From contig JAYWIR010000004.1 of assembly GCA_036172245.1 (NCBI GenBank), positions 6,138,001-6,202,000 on the forward strand: DNA of 64,000 nt, read 5' to 3'. Of this stretch, positions 1-11,249 are shown in pieces; position 1 is the stretch's first letter, and every line of letters begins with the position of its first letter. Under the pieces are notes generated by a model that worked only from the letters and a program-made list of their open reading frames with translations, had not been told where the DNA came from and ran no database searches. Position numbers and translations under genes: made by a program. This stretch comes from Raillietiella orientalis. Its lineage: Eukaryota.

Positions 1-420
1 TGCTCCGACTGACCCTTCGAGCGATCGGATCGAGAGGACAGGGAGCCCTTTTGGCCCTCTGAAACCAAGCAGGTTCAATCTCGATCGGGACGAAGGGCGA
101 GGGAAGCAATGGCCTGCAAGCTCCGTGCCGAGTGGACCAGGTTCTTTCCTGAAGGAACAGACCTCGTTTGCCAGGGTCCTACCCGGTTCAGGTTTCCGAG
201 GACTCGGGAGCGAAAGGGACCAGGCCGTTTTCAACAAGGCCCTTCATCCCTCGGTCGCACTCGCGCCGGTCGCAGTCTCAGGAGGACGAGCATTCCGGTC
301 ACTTTGAAGGACCATGTGGAGACCACCTCCGTCTTTCCGTTCCAACTGGCTTCCCCTGTTCGCTGCTTCTCGGACGTAAGAAACTCCCTGACTCGGGGCT
401 CGGCGCGATGAAGAAGGCAC
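1..420 (-). pseudogene. Possible very decayed 28S rRNA-derived segment inside a TMTC intron
   Basis: Short collinear matches to antisense 28S and to 36480-36760: ccgactgaccc, acagggagccctt, gccggtcgcagtctcaggagg. Matches are short and gapped. Confidence 0.3.
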
Positions 421-906
421 CTCTTCCTGAATCTGCAGGTCTCGGGAAGCCGAAAGGCAGAGTGCCCGAGTGTCCCCGGGGCGCGCGAGGAGTGAAGCCT
501 CTCCACGTGGGAAGAGGGGGCACCCTTTTCTTCCCAATGCCTCCGTCTGCCTGCTCGCTCTTTCTTGTGGTCGGATCGATTGTTCCGGGGCGTGACCGTT
601 GGATGAGAATAGATGTCGTTCCCAAGGGAAACGAGCATAGTCAAGGGGACACAACAAACCCTGGGGTCCTTTCCCTTTCGGCCGACTTTTTCAGCAAAAA
701 GCTTTGCCCTTGGCCAAGGCAACCCGAGCCGAGGGCGCCTCCGTCAGGCCTCGAAAACCGCGCCGGAAGTGATCCCCCCTGCGCGCTTTTCTGGGGCTAT
801 CGCCTGCTCTATCCGGAAAAGCGGATGGGCTGGTGCAAGGAGGATAGAGGAAGAGTGGACCTGCCAGATCGAGAACTCATTCTTCTTTTCATTTTCTGGC
901 GAGCAG

Positions 907-3900
907 GTCGACCGGCAAGACCTCGTGCAGCTTGGTGAAGGTCGCAGGCAGGAGCTGCGCGTCCCTCTGCTGTATGGTAAGACTTCCCCGACATCCCACA
1001 CCCCGTCATTGTCCGCTATCTTGAATTCCAGTAGATGGTCGCCTCGATAGCTTTCCGCATCCTGATGCTGTATGGATCCCTCCCAGTTTTCTCCGAGAAG
1101 GACAATCCCGCTGCCTATTCCCGCGCCAAGCTGACCAGGTTGGTAACCGACGGGGGGAAAAGGAAGGGTCTCTAATAAAAGCCTACTCTGGAAGGTTCCT
1201 GACCCACTCGTACATATTTTTCTACAATTACGTCATCATGATTTATCCCAGTATCTTGAGCTACGACTGGCAGATGGGATCCATCTCTCTGATCCACTCC
1301 GTATATGACGGAAGAAACATCCTGACCTCGTCCCTCCTGACCGCCTTCGGTCTCTTCCTTTTTCGCTTCCTGGGCACCGCAGATGTGAGTTGCTGGGCTC
1401 TTCGATCAGTCTCGGTGCGGCATCCCTTCTCTGGAGAAGGCAGGGAGGTACCCGAGGTCGGGGACGGGGAACCGAGCTGAGGTCTTGCGCTTGTGCTCTG
1501 CCGACCGGCCCTTCCCTTCTGAAGCAGGAAGGGAGAGGGAAAGGGGAGGAGTCCTTGAGGGAGGTCTGATTCTGCCTTGGGTGTACGGAGACTCCTTGGG
1601 ATCTAAAGAGAAGGGAAGGGAGGACTTCCCTCCCTCCCTTCCCGGAGGGCTCTCCCGGGGTTCCGCCGCGGGATCTCGTAGCCGCCAGGGAGCGTCTCCG
1701 CATGGCAAAGCCAAGAGAGGTGACCTGAGTGCTGGAATCCCCCTTCGGGCACCTTTTCTCCCCGGATCCTGTTCCTGATGCTTCCATCTGCGTCCGGAGC
1801 ACTCCCAGCCCACTCCTTTTTCCTGAGGAAGCTCCGTTCTTACGCAGCCAGCACCCATGCCTCCCTTGCTGGTTGCTATGGACGCATCGGGTGCGGCTCT
1901 CTCCTCTCCGAGCTTCCACGCAGGCGGCAAAGCCTCAAAAAGTGACCTTCACAGGGCGGTGGGTAGAACTCGGCTTATTCTCTCTGGGTCCCACCTTCCC
2001 CCCGTTCCCATTGTTTCCCACAAAGAGAGACCCAGGGAGCAAGGAATGGAGCGCCTAGGCGACTACCGGGACTCCTCACGTCCTTCCTACTTGCCCACCG
2101 AGGTCCTTCTGAGAGACTCGCAGCTGTTCCGGCTCCCGGGGATCAGAAGAAGGAGATAAAGTGTGGAGAGGGGGGCTCTCGGCTCTCTCAGCGATCTCCG
2201 ACAGCAGCGATGACCCCCGCGCCGTAGCGCGGACGCTCCATGCGCTTGAATTCCAGTGTCTCGTTTTTTTAAGAGCAGGAAGAAGCATCAGATGGGGATG
2301 GGACTGCTGCTCCTGGTGATCCCGCTGCTTCCGGCTTCGAACCTCCTGTTTTCCGTGGGTTTCGTCATCGCGGAGAGACTGCTGTACCTGCCGAGGTGAG
2401 CGCTGCCGCCGAGCCCTGCTGCAGCCCGGAGGGGCGAAGCTTCTCCGACATCTCTTCCTCCTTCCGAGGGCACGGGCGGTCTCCTCACTCTCCTTCCTCT
2501 CTTGCTTCCCGGGCGCTCCAGCGTCGGCTACTGCATCCTGGTAGGAGTCGGATGGGAGCACCTCCACAAGAGGCTGAGGCAGAAGATGTGGTACTTCGGG
2601 GCGTTCGTGCTGCTCGCCTTCGCAACAAAGACTGTCTTTAGAAACGCGGAGTGGACCAGTCGGGAGACGCTGTTCACGTAAGGGCAGGGATAGCCGCCGC
2701 CGGGACCTCTCTCTCTTTCCCTCTCGCCCCATCCAGCTCCGGCGTCAAGACGCTCCCCCACAACGCCAAGATCCAGTACAACTATGCCAACCTGCAGAGA
2801 GACCTGGGAAACATTCAGAGGTCCATCGACCACTTCCGGGTGGCAATCAGGTTGGCTGCTGTCTCTGCTGCTTTCCGCGGGGCTTGACCGCGGCTCTACC
2901 ATGCGTTTCCCCCGTTCCCTGGGACAAGTGGGGGCTGCCGAATCGCCTCTGATGATTACCTTCCTCGAAGGCAACCTGCGCAGGGCCTTTTCTTCTTTTT
3001 AGCCACCGTCGCCGCTTCTCGACCCCGCTGTGCATCGGCAGCCGCGGAGGTGTCGGCCCGAGACGACAGACTGGGCTGCTGTCGCACCAAAGCCATCTGT
3101 ACGAGAAGAGCGGGTCTCACGGTTGTCAAACGCTGGAGCAGCAGGGCTGGTTACCTTCGTGGCCACCGCCATAATCACTTAGGCCGGGAACCGCCTCTTC
3201 GCTAAAAAGAGCTCCCTTCTGACAGCCGCTATACAGTCCCGAACCATCTATGAACGCTCCCATGGGAAGGGTCGAGGGCCGGTTTCTCCCCTCTTCGGAA
3301 CTCTGAGCATACCCATTGTTTTGCAAGAGCGGATGCTGATCCGCATGGGATGACAGAGGCAGACGGGAGGGAAGGGGGGAAAGGTAGCCCAAGGAGAGCA
3401 TGTGTCTCCGAGTGGATCAACTGCTCGTCCATCTGAGAGTGGACGAGGGAAGACCAGCAGCTGCAGCATGCTACTGACCCCCTGTGCGCTCTCAAAGACC
3501 CCTTTCTCCCAAGTCTACGGCCCGTGGCTGGGGAATGGCCGCGCAGGTTTCTCACTCTCCTTCTCCCCGCACTCGCGCATTTCCTCGTTTTTCAAAACTC
3601 TTCCCGCCCTGTCAGCGCTCTCTTCGGGGATCGCACCAGACGGGAGCGCTCCACCCACGCCCTGAAGTTTCGATGGAGCCGCTGGCGATGCCTCCGTGGA
3701 GAGGAAGCTTGTCGAGCATTCCTTGAAGCCAGCTCGAAAGACTCCTCGGACCCCACACATCCGCGCTCACGGGAGACCACGCCTCCAGCTGCCTCCGTGG
3801 CCGAACCCGCCCTGCCTCCGGGAGTCTGGAGGAGTTGCTTCAGGGAATGCGTTCCAGCGCACAAGAATATGGAGGTCCAAAGAAGCTGAGTGGGCGCAGC

Positions 3901-4722
3901 GCCCCTTCGCTCCCTCCGGGCGACCGGCTGCGGAAGTCTCGGGACGCGCCGACGAACTCATCGGTCGCTCACCTCCGGGATGCTACTTTGTGCCTGCGCC
4001 GCAGCTCCCCCAAAATCCTACAAAGGGGAAAGCACGAAAGAAGGGAGAAGCGAGAAGATGATCAGCACGGCCATTTCGTTCTCATCCTGACAAGCAAAGG
4101 GTGCAGAACATCAGCAGCAGCGAAGAGACTTCGGTTGCCGTTGGGACGAGCGCCTAATATCGCCGCCTTCCTCTTTCCCGTGGTGTTTCCCAGCTTCCTG
4201 AGAAGAGAAACAAAAACTAGAATCGGAGGAAACTTGCTAGGGAGTCCTTGGGAGGAATCCCAAGGGAGGAAGGGAGAGGGAATGAGGCATTCTTGACTGC
4301 CACCCTTTGCGGGGCTTTTTTTCCACCCGCCTCCTCCTTCAGGCTGTGGCCCAGATACGCCAGCGCCCACAACAACCTAGCCACGCTGCTGAACGGCACA
4401 GAGACAGCGCTCTTCCACCTTCACGAGGTGCTGCGCATCCAACCTGACCACGCGAGCGCCCACTTCAACCTGGCCATCTTCAACCTGTGAGTTCGGACCA
4501 TCCTCCCCACTCCCTGCTCACAGCACACGATCAGCAAGAAGGGCAACCTGTCCATCGCCGTGCGCTTCTTCGCACGCTTCCTAGAGCTCATTCCCAACAA
4601 GTCCACCGACCTGTCCGCCGTCAAGAGAAGCTTTGAGAAGCTGGCGAGAGGACACGGCGGCCAGAGTAGATGCAGCCACTGCGAGTCGTACCAGATGAAC
4701 ATGGGAGGCCCGTTTCTGTCTG
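907..4722 (+). CDS. TMTC1: TMTC1-like protein O-mannosyltransferase (transmembrane + TPR), partial spliced CDS. Exons: 907-976, 1035-1138, 1195-1384, 2274-2395, 2522-2677, 2737-2850, 4343-4486, 4535-4722. 5' exons lie upstream of the window.
   Basis: All seven introns are GT-AG and phase-compatible. The spliced peptide has TMTC motifs FSEKDNPAA, LSYDWQMGSI, LPASNLLFSVGFVIAERLLYLPS and RNAEWTSRETLF, followed by TPRs (LPHNAKIQYNYANL, YASAHNNLATL, HASAHFNLA). The TMTC1 paralogue call rests on the DWQMGSI and LPHNAK motifs. Confidence 0.9.
3172..3900 (-). mobile_element. Decayed 3' fragment of a family-B-like LINE in the TMTC intron 2851-4342
   Basis: The minus strand reads ttcccggcctaagtgattat, resembling the family-B 3' terminus, and has the G-rich tract (about 3365) seen in other B copies. 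No ORF remains. Confidence 0.3.
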
Positions 4723-6671
4723 GTGAGGTCATCCGTCTTCCGGAGATGGGGGACGGGGGCGCTTCGGCGGCTCTCGCTGAGTCGAGGTGTCACCCACAGC
4801 CACGACCGGAATCTCTTTTCTGGGCCGCGGTGGTGCCCCGCACGCATATGCGCAAGATCCCTTCCGCACGCGCCTTCTCCCCTCACCTTCTCTCTCGCCT
4901 AGCGCTGACTGCTCCTATCGGAAGACAGGCAGGCGCAGGGGCGAGAAGTGAAGAGAAGTGCAAGGCTCCAGCAGCGAAAAGGAAGGGAACGAAGAATAAC
5001 ACCTCCAGCTTCAGGAAGCCGGGATCGTCGCTCTTCGGAAAGTCCCGTGAGACCCCTGTGCCCTCCGTCGCACCCAAGCTCAGGACGGAAGCTCCTACAG
5101 CACAAGTGAAGGGAGTGTGTCCAGCCTCAATAGGCTCCGGATTAGGATAGATCATGTCTTCGTCGGCGGTGCTGAGCCCCCAGCCTTCTTTGATCCCTTT
5201 CCAAGATGGAAGCTGTCTCCTTGAAGCTGTCTTTCGGTCCTCGCTTTTCTCATCCTCCGAGGCGGCACTCACCTCGCGCCAAAGTCATCTGTACTGCAGG
5301 AGGTGCACTCAGGAGCGCTCCAGCTATCTAGACGATGCGGCAGAAAAGGAGGGCAAGAAGGTTGCTCCTGAGGAAACTAACCAGGAATCGTGAGCTGTTC
5401 CTTGAAGCCAGGGCTTAGATGTGCGACCCTAAGTCCGCCGATGGTTTGCCTACTTGGTGGCAATTCCCACCTTTGCAGAATGCGGGTCACGAATGATGTG
5501 TGAGATCGCCCGGGAGGGGAATCAAAAGAGCGTGTGCGGGGGTGAACCTCCTCAGGAAGGTCATCTTCCTGAAACGAGAGCTTTCAGAGCGCTCGCATCT
5601 GCGACCCTTGAGAGCTCGAACCGGAGCCGCGGAAAACGGGGTGCTGGTCCTCAGCTCATACGCGGGACCTGCACTTGAAAAAAAGGGAAAGCACGTGATC
5701 CTCATGCGAAGAGACCTTCCTCCTCTCTGCCCATGGAAGGCGGAGGAGCGGAACAAGTGACGCAGTATGGACCCACGAGCCATACGCATTTGGTGTCTTT
5801 GTTAGGCTTTTGTTTTCGAGCTGTGAAGCTCCACCCCATAGCGCCCTCCCTATCTTATTAGCATAGCAACCACGGCAATTTTTTTCCCCAGTTTTCGTCC
5901 CTCTGAGCTGGCAGGCTGACACTTTTCTCCGAGTGAAGTCCCGCTTTACACATTAGGTTGCCTGTCAACCAGGACGCACGAACATCCCAAGTCCATTCTC
6001 GACCTAGCTCAGCGGAAACTCAGCCCACGAAAAAGAGAAAAAGAAAAAAAAAGGAAAAAGTGACGGCGAAAAACCATTACCCTCTGCAGCAACTCAGCAC
6101 CATCTGGTCCGTGTGATTTGTTTGAACTCAGCGCTTGAAGCATCCCAGAGCTTTTCCAGGGTTCTTTTTTTTTTTTCTTATCCGTTTCGGGTTCGAAGGA
6201 GGAGAGAAAAGATGTATTTTTCTTGTTGAGGCAGGGGATGAATCCTCTAGTCTGGACCACGTGCACGCACGCACTCACGCACGCACGCACCGTGTGCAAA
6301 AACACTTCTTGCTCTCTGGATGCCAGTGGCAGAGGGCCGCCGCTCATCCGCCCTCGAGGATTAGGGTTCGGTTTCTTCCCCTCAACTATTGAACAACATG
6401 CTCCTGCAAAGGGCATTCTTGGAAATAAAATCATTCCCTTCCTCTCCATGCGTCCAGCGCCTGGTAGCTGAACCCGAACGGATTTTCCGCTGACGTAATC
6501 AATCATCCGAGTTTATCGGCCGTGTTCGCGCCGATGAACTCTCACAAGGGCGTTCCTGGTTTCCTGCCTTCTCCCGGTACCGCGTGGCGTGTCCTCTCCA
6601 CTGATCGCTCTTGCTCCGCGGTGCCTACCGCCGAGCAGTTGCTCGCGCATTCCTCCCCGTGTGGTCAAGCT

Positions 6672-6775
6672 GCGTCTCAGCTGCTCCAGAGCCCGAAACG
6701 AGGATGGCCACGCTGCTGAACGGCACAAAGCAAACCAGATGCCCTCGGTTTCAGCGCAGGTGGTTCCAGCATGTT
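6672..6775 (+). repeat. Degenerate duplicate of the TMTC TPR exon 4343-4486
   Basis: Exact 21-nt match gccacgctgctgaacggcaca (6707-6727 = 4380-4400), with collinear weaker similarity on both sides. Confidence 0.6.
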
Positions 6776-9700
6776 CGAAACTGCGGAAAATTAAAAGGGA
6801 GGGACAGAGTTCTGTGAGCTACGATGTGATTACCCTTTATTATGATGTCAGGACCACGAAGGAGGAATAAACCACTCGCTCACAGAGTCGGCTTCTGGTT
6901 TGACACAGTCATTACGACCACACTGAGGATCGACCGAAAGCCAATAATGGCCGAAAGATTAACGCTTACCTATTGAGAATAGATCGTACCCAAGCGGTGA
7001 TAAATCACTGAAACGTCCAGGAATTCGGAAGGCACACATTAAACCTGTTACCATGGAGTCGCTGGGAAACTGAATGAAACGCGTTTGGGGAAGAGGAGAA
7101 TGGACAAGTGGAGCTTTCGCGTTGCTTTGGAAGCGCCGTTGTACACCCTCTCTAGGGAATGAGACGCGAAGCAACTACAGTCACGGTGTCTGGGCTCTTC
7201 TGCGGGGTGTTTTGCAACGTCCTCAAAGAAACAGCCTCCGTTCTCCGAGCTGAATTGCTCTGCCCTCGTCGAGTTTCCAGACAGGTGATTTCGAAAGGCC
7301 TTCGGATGTTCCCACAGACTCGGAACGAATTATCTACGAGCCTTTCTGTTCATTTTTACATAAGTGTGTGTGCACGCGTATGTACTTTTCCATCGTTCCG
7401 CCGAGCGCATTTCGATTGCGAAGGATGAGGTAATTGGAGGTGAACGTTCGAGAAGAAGTGCTGCCCGCCACCGATTGCTCGACGCTCAGCTGCTTGATTC
7501 CTGCGCCTTTGATTAATTCCGATGGATGAAGCGAAATGAGATGTCAGCGCAAGACGTCTTGAGTCGGTTCGAAGAAAGGAGCGCCGTAAACGCTCGCGGA
7601 AGCTGCAAGAAGAAGAACCGCAGATGCTCGAAATTCAAGCCCGCTTGTTGGAAGCATCTTATTTTTTTCTTCTCCTTCCGCGGATCCAAGAAATTTCCCC
7701 ATTGTGTTTCACGCCGGCAGGGACCCCAATCAATAGTTGCGCCTCTTAGGAAGAGGCATTTTATTATTATTTGTTCCGATGCGGATCTTGTCTGCCGCCC
7801 GGCGAAGGCTCGCTTAACATTCCGCAGACGGGAGCTGCAAATTCTTTTCGAACAATGAATCATACGGGAGCAGCACGTACACGGTCGCCGTATTCTAATA
7901 GATGTAATGGCGGGAAACGTATTTCTCGGAGGAATTCTCCTGCGCTTTTTTCCCTATCTCTCTCTCTCTCTACAACGAGCTCCTTTATTGCAGATATGTC
8001 GAGCAATGATGAGCAAATGCTGCTGCGACTGATGGAAGCTTTCAACTTATCCCAAGCAGAGAAATTGTGGGGAAAATTCCTGGAATCGGGATAACAAATG
8101 AAACTGATATTAAAAAAAAAAAAAAAAAAAAAAACTCCAAGGAAACGGAAGGGTCGCATTTCATTTCTACCTCGTTTTGCTGCACTGTTCCACAAGAGCA
8201 GATAGATGCCGCCAAGGGGAAAAAAACAAAAAAATCAAAAAACAGCGCGACGGACCAACCGGTACGGTGGCGTCTACGCCACGAAGAAGTCTCGGCAAGA
8301 AGAGACCACCAGATGTCCTCGAAACTCTTGGGAGAGAGAGATTCGCCCATGGTTACGCGAAATTTGATTCTTGAAGAATATAAGTCTTTCTTTAAAACCT
8401 CACTTGGTTCTTATTTGGTGGCTATGTTCGGATGGTGCTGTCGATCTAGAGAGCTGTGTGTCTCCCGGGACCGTCCCCCAATATCCAAAGCAGATGTTGT
8501 GACCCTACCGTCAGCGCCCGCTTGAGAATTCCTATTCTTTGAGAGCTGTAAACAAATGTTTCCCGTTCTTCCATCAACAGCAAAGAAGGTAAATAAATCC
8601 ACTAGCGCTTTCGTGAAAAACAGAACCTTCCAGAACTAACTTTTACGACCAGCCCGCGCAGCATCGCTTGGAAGAAGGCAGTGCGCATCGTTTCCAAGAA
8701 ACGAAAGCTCACACTGTTTTTTTTCTCCTCTCCTGCTTGACGTTTCGGATTCTTGCAAAATACGAAAGTCGAGATTTGATTGCAGTCTTTCAAGCCCCAG
8801 CCTTAGAAGATCTTGGACTCTGTGTGCCTCAGCTATCATAGGTTGATTTAGTTTACTTTTTAATCATCGATTTGACTCACCGACTCCGCGATTTCCTGTT
8901 CATCCCCGAAATGTCTTTCCTTCCGAGTCTTCATTTGTATTCTAGGTCTGAGGGGGGCAGAACTCCCTTGCCTCATTCCTCAGTAGCAAAGAAAAATTAT
9001 CAGATCGGTCGTAAAATTCAGGCCCTGACTTGAGCCATCGGATCGCGCAAAGGAGGAAATCTTTTTAGTTTAGGAGAAAGGAGAAGGAGCGGTTGAAATG
9101 TTCAGGAGGAATATTATGAGCCAGGCAGGACTCACTCCTGCCAGATCAAACTGCGTGTCTAGTACGAAGAGTGCGTATCTGGTTTGCTGTACCAGAGCAG
9201 AGCATACGCGTGCTGCAAAACCGGGTGTTCAACCCAAACGCATAAAAATCCAAGTTCCTATGCACGAGACGCTCGCATCCATCATCTGCCTCCGTTGCTA
9301 TGTTGAGTAGGCAAGCAATCTGTTAAGAACGAATCCCCATGCAGCAAGTGTTCCTGCGAAAGACATATTAGGAGTTTGATTTTAATGCGATGGTTGTGTG
9401 GGTAAGAGCTACCTGATCCTGATGCATATCTTGAGTCATCCTGGCTGCATCTCTGATACAAAACTGTTGTCCGGATGCGTACGCAGCAATGCAATGGGAA
9501 GAGCGATCCTTCGAAAAAGCGAGTGCTCGCAGCTTCAGATGCAATCGCAGGTTAGCAAGGCTGGCTTCTCATCTTAAAGGACGTTGTGCTCGGTGGCGGG
9601 AGAGTGGCTGCAGGCATCGGCAGAGAATGCAATTTTGGAAAATTTCTCGCCCTCGGAGGTTCGCAGGGAGCTGAACGAGCCCTGCAGCGAACGCCACAAA

Positions 9701-11249
9701 CACCCGGGAGGTAGGAAGGCCGGTGTCCGGAAGGATCGAAGGAGGACGGACGCTTCAGAAAGAAGTGTCCGAGATGCCAGCTGGAGACTTCGCATCTGAC
9801 GCAGCACGTCAGCAAGAAAATCGCCTCAAGCGCACGCACAGTTCAACACAAGGCTGCGTTGAGCGTTGACATCCCTAGTCAGAAAAGATCCCGACCGAGC
9901 AATGACCACTCCCCAGGCGGGCCGCATCGCTCGTGGAGACGTTTTCTACTCGGCGGCGAGCACTCTCGGTCCGCAGGTTTCCTGATTCGTCCACAAGGAG
10001 AGACACTCCACCTTCTGCTTTCACGGGCAGCTCTCACTAGGGATGTCTTGGTCCGCCTGTGCAGCTGGTGAGGAAGATGGGAGAATAGAACAGGAGTGTC
10101 AACGACCAGCTTAAAGAGAGGTACGACAATCTGGTGAGCCCCAAATCCGGGATAGAAATCCTCATAGAAACGCTAAGATTCGGTAGTCTCCGGCCAGACG
10201 ATTCCGGGAGCAGATGCGAAGCTGAAGTCAGATCGAGAGAGAAAGGGAAGCAGCCATACGAGATGTCGCTCGACCTCACTACGAGTACTCGTCAACGGCG
10301 TCGGAAAAAGCAAGGCGAAGAGGGGGAGCAAGTATCAAAGACCGACTCGACACTTGGCTGCTTTGAGAGGAGAATGGTTGCGGGATGTCGAGATCCAAGA
10401 AACAAGAAGGGTTAAGGGAGTGGAAAATCCCCAAGAAGCAGACAATGTGCATCAGAAAAGACATGGTGTGCGCGAACAAACAATCCTCCTGGGATACCTA
10501 CTGAAAGAGTGAGAGGAGTCACCGCTGGAAATCGTCGAGGGGTCGAAGAGACGAAATGGAGTGAAAACATGATGGAAACTTCTCCTCCTTCTTTTTTCCT
10601 CATTTGTCTATATTCCCTTCTTGGAGATTTATTTTATCTACCGACGTCTCAATCATTTTCTGTTCCCATCTTTTCATTTATTTTGAGCAACCTTTCCACT
10701 AAACAGCTCGATCCATTGATTTTCTCGGCACCTCTGCCTTTAGGGAAACGAAATGCAGCACCTCTGAGAAAAAAAGGAGGATGGGATCGATTCGGTACCT
10801 CCAAAAATTACATAACTGTACATCCAGTGTGAACTGAATGCTCGGTTTACTGGCAGCCCCTTCTTTAACACACCTAGCTGTTACTTCCGGATGTGTGCGT
10901 CTTTTTAGATGGATCCCTGCTTTCCGAGCAGAAAGCATGGAAGACAAGCAAGCCTTCACAAGCTTTCACCATGAGTGGTATTTGTCCCTTATGGGATCAA
11001 AGCACGCACTTGACACGAAAATTTCGTGAAACGACTCCTGCTTCTGTTAGACATCGGAGAAGCAGCCTGGGTGGCAGCTTTTCCACTGTGCTTCAAAGAG
11101 TTTTCTTCGGATGCTAGAACAAAAGCTGCATGTTTTTAGTGGGTCTTGGTTCGCTTGCTCGTTCTTCAATTGAGTCACCTGCCTGCTTGGGATAAGTAAA
11201 GCATGCAAGCTCGTCCTGTACTCACCCACCAAAATGACGTCACGTTATT

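Noticed and set aside
168..938. Long GC-rich ORFs here and at 1236-1919, 33024-33638, 60093-60860 and 60870-61517
   Set aside because: Low-complexity Arg/Pro/Ser/Gly translations overlapping in several frames with no recognisable domains; probably decayed repeat sequence.
7500..9800. Plus-strand exon-like pieces (e.g. MSSNDEQMLLRLMEAF)
   Set aside because: Could not be joined into a consistent spliced frame or assigned to a family.
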